64,000 nucleotides of DNA from a virus, in IMG/VR virus record IMGVR_UViG_3300045988_131044, positions 19,100 through 83,099 of that record, one strand, 5' to 3'. Below, piece after piece: positions 18,906-28,749 of the stretch. The translations under genes were made by a program, and so were the position numbers. How positions within the stretch are numbered: the first letter of the stretch is position 1; the number at the start of each line of letters is the position of its first letter. A model generated the notes under the pieces. The model was given only the letters and a program-made list of their open reading frames with translations, was not told the DNA's origin and made no database searches.

Positions 18906-19041
18906 ACGAAGAATATCGAGCTTACATTACTTTGATGTGAGCCAGATATGTTATCTTAGCATTGTCAAAGAGTAGACTATACGTTTTTTGTTCTTACTTT
19001 AAGGTTATGTAGGTTAAATTTTTTCTGAAATTGTTTTCTTA

Positions 19042-19081
19042 CCGGTTCTCAGTCAGAGATGATAGGGAACCGGTTTTTTTT
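19042..19081 (+). terminator. Rho-independent terminator (ccggttc-18nt-gaaccgg + T8)
   Basis: 7-bp stem + 8 T just after giant gene. Confidence 0.7.
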
Positions 19082-19735
19082 ATGTTGTCAATTATTGCTA
19101 TCTTGCAAACAAAAATCATGAGACGAAGATTTCAAATAGGGATGGGGGTAAATCCCTCGCTTATAATCAATAAAGGCATATACATCCAACATGTAGATGG
19201 AGGATTATATACAAAAGAAAATTGGTCTAATAAAGGATATTCCAATGATCTATGCAATGGAATAGCTCTTGTAGATAAAGTGTGTTTTGTTATAGCCACC
19301 GAATATATTGGCACATCTCGTTGGGGTAAGGATGGACAAATAGACAATATATTTGCACAAGATAGTTCTCATATTGGAACTATTAAAAAGGATTATTGGG
19401 GGCGTGAAAATCAGAATGCGTATCTTGAATATGATACCAGTAATACAGATTACGCTTTTAATAAAGCTAATAGCTATTTATTTAAGAATGGTCAAAATGG
19501 ATATGTAGGTGGCGCCGGAGAGTTTTTTTTGATATCATTGTATGCTAATGAAATAAACGAATGCCTTTTAATGGTAGGAGGTACGATAATGAGTAATAGA
19601 ATGTGGACATCCACTCGAAATGAAAAATCTACCTATTCGTGGTATTATGATATAAACATCCAAGGAGATCATTTGGATACAGGTTCAAGGGGTAGTTCAC
19701 GTTATGTCCGTCCTTTTACTGAATTAATTTTATGA
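19082..19735 (+). CDS. DUF1566 (Lcl C-terminal)-like domain protein, possible fibre/receptor-binding protein
   Basis: C-terminal MWTSTRNEKSTYSWYYDI...SRYVRPF resembles DUF1566; start uncertain (19082, 19118 or 19142). Confidence 0.45.
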   Translation: MLSIIAILQTKIMRRRFQIGMGVNPSLIINKGIYIQHVDGGLYTKENWSNKGYSNDLCNGIALVDKVCFVIATEYIGTSRWGKDGQIDNIFAQDSSHIGTIKKDYWGRENQNAYLEYDTSNTDYAFNKANSYLFKNGQNGYVGGAGEFFLISLYANEINECLLMVGGTIMSNRMWTSTRNEKSTYSWYYDINIQGDHLDTGSRGSSRYVRPFTELIL

Positions 19736-19739
19736 AATT

Positions 19740-20466
19740 ATGAGAAGAAGATACGAAAATGATATTAAGCTATACGAATATGTAATAAATAGCAACTGTA
19801 TAGGCGGAACCATATTCGTAGATGGAAAAAATGTAGGTGTCGTAAACTCCAGTTCTTTGATTTACGTTACTCCAAAACCAACCATCTCTTCTATTAGTAT
19901 CTCAGGGGGCGTGCCCTCTGATAATAGAGAATTGATAGATACATATACTGAAAATAGTACAGATATTCAAGGATTAGATAAAATAGCTATAATTGTTTCT
20001 CCACAAAATGGAAATGATTATAATATTCTACACGTTAGTTTGCCTGTCATTAACTTTGTTCTTGTTTCTACTCCTATTACTTACAAAAATATAAAGTTTA
20101 TCATAATCACGCTCCAGAGTCTATTTACAATGTTGTTCCTGGATTATATAACCTGAATTACACCTACGAAATAAAAGAGGAGACAGATGAAGGGACACCT
20201 GGCAGCCCTACCTATAAAGCTCTTTACAAGGATGGTTCAAAATGGAATCTGGGGGTTGTTGATAGCAATGTCAATATAGAAGGTAGACTTAATAATACAG
20301 TATCGTTAAACACTGTTTCTATAATACATATTCAGTCTAATATACAAGATGATAGCTACATAGTATTTAAAGCTGACGTAAACCTGTATCTAATAGATCC
20401 TTCTGATAGATATAACCCTGTATATAATAATACTATAACCAAACAATTGCGATATGAGTTCAAATA
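19740..20466 (+). CDS. putative fibre-like protein interrupted by -1 frameshift near A-run 20084..20089 (frame 0 19740..20156, continues in frame +2 to 20466)
   Basis: tail of frame-0 ORF is hydrophobic junk while overlapping +2 frame is protein-like to 20466. Confidence 0.4.
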
Positions 20467-20509
20467 AAAAAAAATAATTATGGCACCAAGAACTATTGGT
20501 GCCATAATT
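20465..20509 (-). terminator. strong Rho-independent terminator for leftward early transcripts at the convergent junction (13-bp stem aattatggcacca/tggtgccataatt + U9 on minus RNA)
   Basis: perfect inverted repeat flanked by A9 on plus strand. Confidence 0.7.
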
Positions 20510-20751
20510 ATTAAAACCGTTTCTTGTAACAAGAGTCCACTACCTTTACCTTTTCTTCTTTGTTCTTACCATAATTAAATTCATACGCATCTTCGAATGA
20601 ATAAAAAACAGCATAACACGACATGCCAAACATATCGTATTTTATCCTGTTTTTCCATTTCCCAAAAATGTTTTAATATTGGCATCAATATTCTACTTCC
20701 CCATTAGTTAATTTCCTTTCAACTATTCTAAGAGGAATATGAAACAAGTTT

Positions 20752-21240
20752 CTAAGCATTAACTTCATGACCTTCCCTATCTGTGAAAACTAAACCAATA
20801 CCTTCTACAATATATCCTACTACAGGAGCTTTGTCAAATTCCTCCTTCGTAGCCCAAGTAGCATTATCAGGCATAAGATCCTTGAATGCGTCCGAAACAT
20901 CACCTTGGCACCAGCAGTTATTTGATACAACAATGCCTTTCCCTTCGATATTGATATACATCTTTCTTCCACCACATCCAAGGCTGTTCCATCCGCTCGG
21001 TACGTTTTCCACCATAGGCTTAAGCACCCAGCTTTCACCGTCTATCCTAACCCATCCTGGATCGTCTTTGTGCTTGTCGTACATATTTTGCCAAAAAGAG
21101 CATTCGTAGCACCACCCCCTGTCTTCCATGACAGTCCTTATCTCACACCTTTCAAATCCATCTGCATCCATCGTGTGCGGAGAATGAGGCTGGTGAGGGG
21201 TGCCACATTTTGGGCATACGAGTTTTAAATTCTTTTCCAT
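20752..21240 (-). CDS. Zn-ribbon (CPKCG) protein, paralog of 42937..43380
   Basis: shared CPKCG...C.[YE]C[AS]FW...IDGESW...DLMPDNA motifs. Confidence 0.55.
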   Translation of the reverse strand: MEKNLKLVCPKCGTPHQPHSPHTMDADGFERCEIRTVMEDRGWCYECSFWQNMYDKHKDDPGWVRIDGESWVLKPMVENVPSGWNSLGCGGRKMYINIEGKGIVVSNNCWCQGDVSDAFKDLMPDNATWATKEEFDKAPVVGYIVEGIGLVFTDREGHEVNA

Positions 21241-21241
21241 C

Positions 21242-21475
21242 TTATTCTATTTTTACGATTTTAACAGAATCTCCAAGATTGTATTCCCCTTGGCGTCCAA
21301 TAAACTTTATAAACCTCTTACTCTTAACTACTGGAACTCTTTCGTCTTCTCCATAATATATCACACATCCACCACGTAAAGGTTTTAAATCGTATATAAC
21401 CCATCCGTCATTAACTTGATTATCATATTTGCATGATGATAATACAAGTGTCATCAATAAAACAAAATATTTCAT
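21242..21475 (-). CDS. small lipoprotein (LSSC lipobox)
   Basis: signal peptide MKYFVLLMTLVLSSC. Confidence 0.45.
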   Translation of the reverse strand: MKYFVLLMTLVLSSCKYDNQVNDGWVIYDLKPLRGGCVIYYGEDERVPVVKSKRFIKFIGRQGEYNLGDSVKIVKIE

Positions 21476-21482
21476 ATTATTT

Positions 21483-21674
21483 TCAACATAAAAATTTATA
21501 ACCTGGTTTTACCGTTTCCGCTTCTTCTTTTGTATCAAACATTAAGGTAGTGACGGCTCCCATGCCATAACAATCGTAAGACACTTTCACCCACCACCTG
21601 AAAATTCCCGATCCGTAATCATCATAATACGGCTCGGAAAGAACTTCTTCTACATACCCATCCAAATAATTCAT
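21483..21674 (-). CDS. hypothetical small protein
   Basis: ORF in co-directional array. Confidence 0.35.
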   Translation of the reverse strand: MNYLDGYVEEVLSEPYYDDYGSGIFRWWVKVSYDCYGMGAVTTLMFDTKEEAETVKPGYKFLC

Positions 21675-22408
21675 GATCGTTCCTCCTTGTTTTTAGATTC
21701 TGCCTCCTCGATTATGCTGATTACCTTATCAACAATATCCGAATCAGACATTTTCTCAATAAAAACATCCATTGCCTTAGTTATGTCATTGGCTTCTTTT
21801 TCTTCAAGAGCTATTTCTCCACCGGTAATAGCATCAGATAATAATGTAGATAAGTATCTTATCTTATCAATGCTCATAAACGTAAACGGGTTACCTCCTT
21901 GACCTCCACCCATTTCTTTCATAATCTGATATCCACCTGAAATAAGTCTGCCTGATGTCGTAGCCAAGGAGGATACGATTAGGGACAGTACCGCCGCTTC
22001 CGTCCGCTCCTCAGACACACCCTTCGACCACACGGCTGCCCTTATAGCGCCAGCCAGGTTGTCTATGTATGGCATAAGGCAGTCTTCCATAACTTGTGTT
22101 ATGTCAGCTATAACCTCACTACGCTCTTTATTTATGTAATAGATAGAAGCATTATACCTCTTTATCTCCTTATCCATATCATTTAAAAAGCGCTTGATGT
22201 TGTGCTTATACATAGGACTGCCTTTAATTACCTCCTTCAGTTTAATAATGTAATTATAAGCCTGGTCGTTTACGAACAACGTCATGGTCTCAACCGCTGA
22301 ATGAAGTGTGTTAAGACTGTTAAGAATCTTATCGAAATTGTTTATCAAATAAGCTCTTCTGGCTTTTGCTGCGTAGTTAATGTTATTAAAATTATTCATT
22401 TTATTCAT
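21671..22408 (-). CDS. hypothetical protein immediately downstream of TnpB-like gene
   Basis: ORF begins with TTG at 22417; first ATG 22408, 16 nt after TnpB-like stop. Confidence 0.5.
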   Translation of the reverse strand: MNKMNNFNNINYAAKARRAYLINNFDKILNSLNTLHSAVETMTLFVNDQAYNYIIKLKEVIKGSPMYKHNIKRFLNDMDKEIKRYNASIYYINKERSEVIADITQVMEDCLMPYIDNLAGAIRAAVWSKGVSEERTEAAVLSLIVSSLATTSGRLISGGYQIMKEMGGGQGGNPFTFMSIDKIRYLSTLLSDAITGGEIALEEKEANDITKAMDVFIEKMSDSDIVDKVISIIEEAESKNKEERS

Positions 22409-22424
22409 TAGATTCAACCTTATA

Positions 22425-23615
22425 TCACAAAATATTTATTCTAACCGGATTAAACACAAATCCACTATCGATTATCTTTCCAATGAAAGAATCACCGACT
22501 ACTTTTCTTGCTATTCCTATAGCTCCATTAATATCAGCATTAATTAGCTTTCCAACGGAACTTTGGAATAATCCACGTTTCTTTCTTTTCCCTAAATAGG
22601 ATTCTTGTTTCTTTAGAGGTTCAAAAGCAAGATGGTCAATCTTTGATGTGTAAGATTCCTCATGAGTAATTACCTCTATCCCTAAAAGATTTGCTTTGTA
22701 AACAATCTTATCAATCAATTTAGAATGAGGAATAGAAACAAAATGTTGGTTATTCCTTTTACCGATATTTATCTCGTTTTTCCATTCTTTGTTTAATCCA
22801 ATGATGATTGTTCCTATATTGTTAGATTTACAAAAGTCTACAATGTATCTACTGATTTTATGCAATTTGTCTTCTATCCAACAATTTCTAAACAAAGTAA
22901 TTTTTCTTATTCTATTTGAAGTTCCCTTATTACCAACAAAAGACATCAACTTAGCTTTCTTCTTATTGTACCACTGATTTACTGATTTCATAACCCGTCC
23001 GTTTATAATGAAAGAATTAGTTTCTACATTACTAATACATGAACATAAATTATTCAATCCTAAATCAATCGAAAGAAAATTGTCTTTGTTTAAACCAAGA
23101 TCAGTTTCCTTTCTTTCATAAACTACCTCTACTACATAACATGTAGCTTGAGGGATTATTCTAACTTGTTTTAGTTCGTCTTTCTTTACATTTGTTTTGA
23201 TAGGTTTGATTATATCTTTAACAAAATAAATACAATTATCACCCTTTACCCTACAATTGCAGTTGGTGAAAACAACCATGTTTTGTTTCTTACCTTGTTT
23301 GTATGATGGAAGGTGAGGTCTATGATTTCCGTATTTAGAAGGATTCTTTTCAAAATCCTTCTTGAGTTTTATCCAGGATTTTATGTTTTTAAATACCTGT
23401 TTAATCACCTGTTGGGATACATGATTAGGTAAATTCCTGAAATCGAATTGGTTTTCTCTTCCTAACTTAGTCGAAAATTCATATTCTTTCAGATAGTTAC
23501 CAGAGAAAATACCTTGTCTGACGTTGTAAAGAACATAGTTGTACAACAAACCGGATTTGAGGCATATATCCTCAAACCGGTTGTCTTTAACTATATGCCT
23601 TTCAACTAATCTCAT
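22425..23615 (-). CDS. TnpB-like RNA-guided endonuclease, zinc-finger-less variant, full length (396 aa)
   Basis: RuvC-I SIDLGLNN, RuvC-II ITHEESYTSK, RuvC-III NADINGAIGI; C-terminal half ~75% identical to 1..1215. Confidence 0.85.
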   Translation of the reverse strand: MRLVERHIVKDNRFEDICLKSGLLYNYVLYNVRQGIFSGNYLKEYEFSTKLGRENQFDFRNLPNHVSQQVIKQVFKNIKSWIKLKKDFEKNPSKYGNHRPHLPSYKQGKKQNMVVFTNCNCRVKGDNCIYFVKDIIKPIKTNVKKDELKQVRIIPQATCYVVEVVYERKETDLGLNKDNFLSIDLGLNNLCSCISNVETNSFIINGRVMKSVNQWYNKKKAKLMSFVGNKGTSNRIRKITLFRNCWIEDKLHKISRYIVDFCKSNNIGTIIIGLNKEWKNEINIGKRNNQHFVSIPHSKLIDKIVYKANLLGIEVITHEESYTSKIDHLAFEPLKKQESYLGKRKKRGLFQSSVGKLINADINGAIGIARKVVGDSFIGKIIDSGFVFNPVRINIL

Positions 23616-23668
23616 TTGAATGATTTATATCGTAAATGTAATCGTTATTTGTAAAATAATCAAATTAT

Positions 23669-24199
23669 TCAATCATCACATTCGAATTTTAGATTTTCAA
23701 GTTCATTCAATTGTTTCTTAATTGACTCGATCAGGTGCGTTCTCTGTTCCTCTGCATGTTTTAAAGCTTCTTCTTTGCTCTCAAAAGCATCCCTTCCTAT
23801 TTCATAAGAAGTGATCCTATCAGGAATGTCGGCTAACAAAAGACCACCATACTCTTCTATTTTAGCTTTTACTTTTCTTATTACACCGTCTCTCATGCAC
23901 GCATCTGTAATCCATATAAACCTATCACATTCTTCTAATTCCCTTTCGTACAATTCATACCATTCCGGTTTAGGAAATCTTAATGTAAATCTAATCTCGG
24001 TATCTTTTTCTAAGACATTAATATCATACGCCTCCGGCCACAGCTCTTTTATGCTGTCTTCATCTTCAGCATACGCCACCAATACAAATGAATTACTGGA
24101 TTCTGCACTACACCAATATGGATATTTTATAGGCCATTTGACTGGACGGTAATCATTGTCACAGTCATCCTTTCTAATGTAAAATCTTGCTCTAATCAT
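23669..24199 (-). CDS. hypothetical protein (176 aa)
   Basis: ATG ORF in array. Confidence 0.45.
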   Translation of the reverse strand: MIRARFYIRKDDCDNDYRPVKWPIKYPYWCSAESSNSFVLVAYAEDEDSIKELWPEAYDINVLEKDTEIRFTLRFPKPEWYELYERELEECDRFIWITDACMRDGVIRKVKAKIEEYGGLLLADIPDRITSYEIGRDAFESKEEALKHAEEQRTHLIESIKKQLNELENLKFECDD

Positions 24200-24200
24200 G

Positions 24201-24509
24201 TTATTCTACTTTTTTGATTTCGCTCAAATCGTCTTCATACACCAAATAAGATCCTCTTCCAGGTCTTCCTTCTTTATTAGCTTTCTGGATTGTAAATATA
24301 ACTGTTCCAGTATTCGTGATTTGCACGTTCTTAAAGAAACCAACAAGAGGCTCTTCCGAACGTTTGTAAAGAACACTCACTTTATCTCCATTCTTTAACC
24401 CATAAACAGAATCGAAATATTCCTTTTTAATTCTTTCAATATTACTTCTATGTTTGTTCATTGCATCAAGCTCGTCGTCTAACAGTTGAATCATTTGTTT
24501 TTTTGTCAT
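24201..24509 (-). CDS. hypothetical protein (102 aa)
   Basis: AAGGAGG SD before ATG. Confidence 0.5.
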   Translation of the reverse strand: MTKKQMIQLLDDELDAMNKHRSNIERIKKEYFDSVYGLKNGDKVSVLYKRSEEPLVGFFKNVQITNTGTVIFTIQKANKEGRPGRGSYLVYEDDLSEIKKVE

Positions 24510-25072
24510 TTCTTTTCCTCCTTATTTAATGGTATTAATCCTTTTCCGTGTTTATCATACCACAACATAGTTATCACATTCCATGCAGCCGCAGCTAAAT
24601 GGTGCACGTTCGTCTCTTTATCCGTTCTCTCTCCTTTCAGGTATGCCATTATATGCCTGGCAGCCGCCGCACGATACCGTTCAAAGCCATTGTCAAGATT
24701 CTGCCAATTATTAGGCCCATATTTCTTGGCTCCGGCATGATAGACTTTTACAATGTCCTCAATCTCTTCCATCGGAAGCAAATCCCATCGTAGTTTGTCG
24801 TCAATGATGTCATTTTTCACTGATTTTATTGAAGTACTTTTTTCTGGATCTCCTACAAGAACAAGTTCCATAATATCTGTTTCTATAATAATTGTGTTTC
24901 CATTGTAACAAACTTCAGCAAACTTGTCATTTTCTTTTATATTTGTTACTGCAACTACTATAGATCCTTTGTACATTATAGTACTTTTATCTATTTTATC
25001 ATCTTTCAATGTACGAAAAATAGATCCTTTTGGATAAAGGATGTTTTTAGTATTATTGTCCATCTTTTCCAT
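24506..25072 (-). CDS. hypothetical protein (188 aa)
   Basis: ORF with ATGA overlap. Confidence 0.45.
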   Translation of the reverse strand: MEKMDNNTKNILYPKGSIFRTLKDDKIDKSTIMYKGSIVVAVTNIKENDKFAEVCYNGNTIIIETDIMELVLVGDPEKSTSIKSVKNDIIDDKLRWDLLPMEEIEDIVKVYHAGAKKYGPNNWQNLDNGFERYRAAAARHIMAYLKGERTDKETNVHHLAAAAWNVITMLWYDKHGKGLIPLNKEEKK

Positions 25073-25121
25073 CGTTTTATCGTTGTTTTAATCAATTAGT
25101 ATAATAATATAGCCCATTATT

Positions 25122-25463
25122 TTATTCTTCGCCTATAAAGCGATCAAATTCTTCTCCGCTCATAACAATGCGGTTAATGATGATTGTGCCGTTATTGCTA
25201 TAATCGTCATTTTTAACTCCCACATCATCAAGCTCCCTCTTTAAGTCTTCAAATGTAGGACCGGTCTTGCTTTTAAAAAATAAAGTAGCATATACAACCT
25301 TTCCGTTGTTTAGTTTTACTCTCACGGTATAGACATATCCTTTTTCATCTTCATCCTTTTTGTTGACACCATCAAGGATGCTATTTATCATATCCTTGTC
25401 CTCACGTGATAGGTTGGATATAGCTATTCTGCCCTTTAATCTAAATATTTCGTTTTCGTTCAT
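25122..25463 (-). CDS. hypothetical protein (113 aa)
   Basis: ORF in array. Confidence 0.4.
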   Translation of the reverse strand: MNENEIFRLKGRIAISNLSREDKDMINSILDGVNKKDEDEKGYVYTVRVKLNNGKVVYATLFFKSKTGPTFEDLKRELDDVGVKNDDYSNNGTIIINRIVMSGEEFDRFIGEE

Positions 25464-25747
25464 AACCTTCCATTTTTGTTGTTTTCAAAATATTGTCTTA
25501 CGGCTTCTATGGCTTTATCGTCATCAAAAGCTTCTTCAAACTCCGTGTAGAACCTATCTCGCTCCATGCAGAATGTGTTTTTCCCTTCCGGTATAGGACG
25601 GAACACAACCACCTTCTCTTTGTCGTGATTGGTTCCTATTATGTTATTGTCCAAGACAATAGAATACCTTCTTGAACTTTTGTTGATAACAACATCATGT
25701 TGAAGACCATACAATTTAAGTATTTCCCTTAATTCATTTGTTTCCAT
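25460..25747 (-). CDS. hypothetical protein (95 aa)
   Basis: overlapping start/stop. Confidence 0.4.
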   Translation of the reverse strand: METNELREILKLYGLQHDVVINKSSRRYSIVLDNNIIGTNHDKEKVVVFRPIPEGKNTFCMERDRFYTEFEEAFDDDKAIEAVRQYFENNKNGRL

Positions 25748-26489
25748 TATTTGAAGATTTTATATTTTTAGAAGATACTGCTCCCGATCCCCACTTTTTC
25801 TTATATATAGCCCCCATCATGTTTATTAAATCGGAAAAAGAAGATATGGTTCCCATTTCTATACAAAATGCAAGATTGGATTGAAGCATTTCAAGTTCTT
25901 TTAACTGCTCTTGAGTTGCTCTGTTTCTTATCATGCTCTCATGTTCGTTAAAAACGATCCAATTGAGGCCTTTAGCCATTCTCGTATAATCAGCATCAGG
26001 AAATCTTGATATGGCCCTTGATAGGACATTATATTTATCTCCTGCTTCTATCCTATTTAAAATAAGTTTGTCCGTCAACCATGTTACTACTTCAGCATAC
26101 AGCATAGGGTTAAGCTCCATAGCTACAAGAACCCATATATAAGGATTGCACATCGTCCTCCTATTCTCTCCTCTTCCCATAGTTTTATAAGCTCCCATCT
26201 TTTTCATCACTTTTATAAGTGATTCTTTTTCAACAGATTGGATAAAACCAGGAAATCCTGCTTCTATCGTATATCCCTGTTTTTCAAGGATATAGTATAT
26301 TCGTTCAGCACTTTCTTTATTGGACAGAATGTTCTCTATTCTCTTTTCATTCCATCCCATTTCTATCCTTTTTCTCGTATAAGCCTCTTGTAGGTCTGTT
26401 AAGGACATAAATGATGTTTTGGTGTCTTGTTTAATTATAACACCAAACAGTTTCCGATCTTTCGATACCATTGTAACATTTGTTTTCAT
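25734..26489 (-). CDS. possible KilA-N-like DNA-binding domain protein
   Basis: N-terminal SKDRKLFGVIIKQDTKTSFMSLTDLQEAY resembles KilA-N; first ATG 26489 (ORF begins with GTG at 26501). Confidence 0.4.
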   Translation of the reverse strand: MKTNVTMVSKDRKLFGVIIKQDTKTSFMSLTDLQEAYTRKRIEMGWNEKRIENILSNKESAERIYYILEKQGYTIEAGFPGFIQSVEKESLIKVMKKMGAYKTMGRGENRRTMCNPYIWVLVAMELNPMLYAEVVTWLTDKLILNRIEAGDKYNVLSRAISRFPDADYTRMAKGLNWIVFNEHESMIRNRATQEQLKELEMLQSNLAFCIEMGTISSFSDLINMMGAIYKKKWGSGAVSSKNIKSSNNGNK

Positions 26490-26502
26490 GAAATATAACA
26501 CT

Positions 26503-26541
26503 AAAAAAAAATATCATGATGCAAATATATACATCATGATA
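26503..26541 (-). terminator. Rho-independent terminator on minus strand (10-bp stem tatcatgatg/catcatgata + U9)
   Basis: hairpin followed by A9 on plus strand. Confidence 0.65.
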
Positions 26542-26592
26542 CATTAATAAAAGATTATAGTGTTAAATTTTACTTATGGTGTTTTTATGGAC

Positions 26593-26949
26593 TCACATTA
26601 TTTCTTCTAAATTTACTTTTATAGAACCATTTATGGTTTTGATGTTCCCATCTATGGTTGAAATCACATCATCTAAATCGTTTATAATGCCTTCCATGTC
26701 ATCAACCACCTCTTCCATATCAGTTACAGCCTGATCTGATTCCCAATATTTTTCTGAGTCTTGTAACGATTCCGGTATATTATCTCTCGCCTCAGTCTCT
26801 TCATCTAAAATCATATCAACATCATCCTTGGCTGAATTTATGTTGTACTTCAACTCCGATAACTTTGATTTGATGTATTCAAAATCTGTTTTATACTTAT
26901 TTACGTTTTTGATAACATCCGATATTTTTTTTCTTCTCTTGTTGTTCAT
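26593..26949 (-). CDS. hypothetical acidic protein (118 aa)
   Basis: ORF overlapping helicase stop. Confidence 0.45.
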   Translation of the reverse strand: MNNKRRKKISDVIKNVNKYKTDFEYIKSKLSELKYNINSAKDDVDMILDEETEARDNIPESLQDSEKYWESDQAVTDMEEVVDDMEGIINDLDDVISTIDGNIKTINGSIKVNLEEIM

Positions 26950-28367
26950 GCCTTTATCCTATTATAATATTCGATAATCTTTTCTTTCCTATCTCCCGGT
27001 TTTACTGCCATATTCTCAGCCAAGAACCTAAAATACGACACCGGTATGTCCTTGAATCTAATTCCTTCATATTTTCCAAACCACATTATTATGCTGTCAA
27101 GATCGTCTTCTCTCCTACCATCTCCATTCACAGATTTAAGCGAGGCTGCCCGGCGAAGGATTTCGTCTTTGGTAACAATATCCCCCATCCTTATATTGGA
27201 CAGAAGTTGATCTCCGGCAAACATACACCAGCCCTTAGAAGGGAATTGTTCGATTGTCAGGTCTTCTATCCGACCGAAACGCCTCATGTTGTCGCAGCAA
27301 TCAACTATCAGTGCCTCTTTCTTGTCAGGATGGATGCGTACGGCGCGGCCTAATATTTGGTAATATGTTGAATATGAGAACGTTGGGCGACCAAACATCA
27401 CGCAATCAAGTTCAGGAAAATCAAATCCGGTAGCAAGCGTTGAATAATTAAAAACCACCTTCAACTTACCTTCTTTAAAATCTGATATGATTTGCTCTCT
27501 TTTCTTTTTGGTTGTTAGCGATGTTACGACACCGGTTATGGCTCCCATCCTGGCATTCATGAACTCTGATATTCTATTACATGATTCGATAGAATCCATG
27601 CAAACCAAAATGGCTTTACGTTCGTTCATAAGTTGAAGAAGGCGCTTGTAGATAGAGTTGTTTAAGCCATTTCGTACAATACTTTCTTTAATAGATTCGT
27701 TGGTGTATTCAGCTCCGGTACTGTTTAACATCAGAGCCGATTCATCAAACGACCATCGTTCGTACTTAAGTGGACACCAAAACCCTTGAGAAGTTAGTTC
27801 TTGTATTTGAGTTACATGAACTATTTTCTTGAAGAAGTTATGTTCGTCTTTCGTCAGCATATTGAGTTTGCTGTAGTTTCCTTCCAGCATGGAACTGTAG
27901 GTTCGGAGGCGGCAGGGAGTGGCGGTGAAGCCCAGCACCTTCGCCTCTGGAAACCCGTTCATAAACTCCATAAATTCAGAACCTTCTTCAGGAGAATATC
28001 CTGAATGACATTCGTCTATCAATAAGGTATCTATCCCTATATCCTTCAACCTCACTACATCTTTCTTTATGCTCTTTAATGTTGCATAAGTCATAGCCGA
28101 CAGCTCCTTTATACCACATGAAGCAGAATATATGGTAGGTTTAGAACCGAATGATACGGCCTTTGCATAATTCTGCTCCAGAATCTCTTTTGAGGGCTGT
28201 AATACTAATGTCGGTCTATTTATTTCATGTGCTATCTTGGATATCAGAAGGCTTTTTCCACATCCGCATGGGGCTACGATTATGCCAGGCTTCTTAGATC
28301 TTCCTGTAAGAAACTTAAGCCCGGCATCTACTGCTTCTTTTTGGTAAGGTCTAAGTTCAAAGCCCAT
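26946..28367 (-). CDS. superfamily-2 DEAD/DEAH-box DNA helicase with extra C-terminal domain
   Basis: Walker A APCGCGKS, DECH box, TATP motif III, QILGRAVR motif VI. Confidence 0.8.
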   Translation of the reverse strand: MGFELRPYQKEAVDAGLKFLTGRSKKPGIIVAPCGCGKSLLISKIAHEINRPTLVLQPSKEILEQNYAKAVSFGSKPTIYSASCGIKELSAMTYATLKSIKKDVVRLKDIGIDTLLIDECHSGYSPEEGSEFMEFMNGFPEAKVLGFTATPCRLRTYSSMLEGNYSKLNMLTKDEHNFFKKIVHVTQIQELTSQGFWCPLKYERWSFDESALMLNSTGAEYTNESIKESIVRNGLNNSIYKRLLQLMNERKAILVCMDSIESCNRISEFMNARMGAITGVVTSLTTKKKREQIISDFKEGKLKVVFNYSTLATGFDFPELDCVMFGRPTFSYSTYYQILGRAVRIHPDKKEALIVDCCDNMRRFGRIEDLTIEQFPSKGWCMFAGDQLLSNIRMGDIVTKDEILRRAASLKSVNGDGRREDDLDSIIMWFGKYEGIRFKDIPVSYFRFLAENMAVKPGDRKEKIIEYYNRIKA

Positions 28368-28743
28368 CGCAATCTATTTTACTGTTTTTTGAAAGTTCTA
28401 TTATCGCCTCTTTCAACATCTCCCTTGCGTTATTCTCATTATCTTCAAACAGGCATACACTGCATGTAGCACCTTTGGAGGGGTAGTCTCTGTAGGCTTC
28501 TGCTCTTTCTACAACGTACTCACAACAATAGTCGTGACTCATGTCTTTTGCTATACTTATAAAATGATCTTCTCCATCCATCAACACGCAATATTCATCA
28601 TCGTTTTCGCATGCAATAACACCTTTGTTTTTTAAAATGGATAGCACTTTGTTTCCAAAAAGTCCAATATAGACCCATATATCTTTCCCTGCATTTTTGT
28701 AAAAAATATCCATCCCTTCTTTGATTGTGACTTTCTTTTCCAT
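28357..28743 (-). CDS. hypothetical Cys-rich protein (128 aa)
   Basis: ORF in array. Confidence 0.4.
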   Translation of the reverse strand: MEKKVTIKEGMDIFYKNAGKDIWVYIGLFGNKVLSILKNKGVIACENDDEYCVLMDGEDHFISIAKDMSHDYCCEYVVERAEAYRDYPSKGATCSVCLFEDNENNAREMLKEAIIELSKNSKIDCDGL

Positions 28744-28749
28744 AATCCC

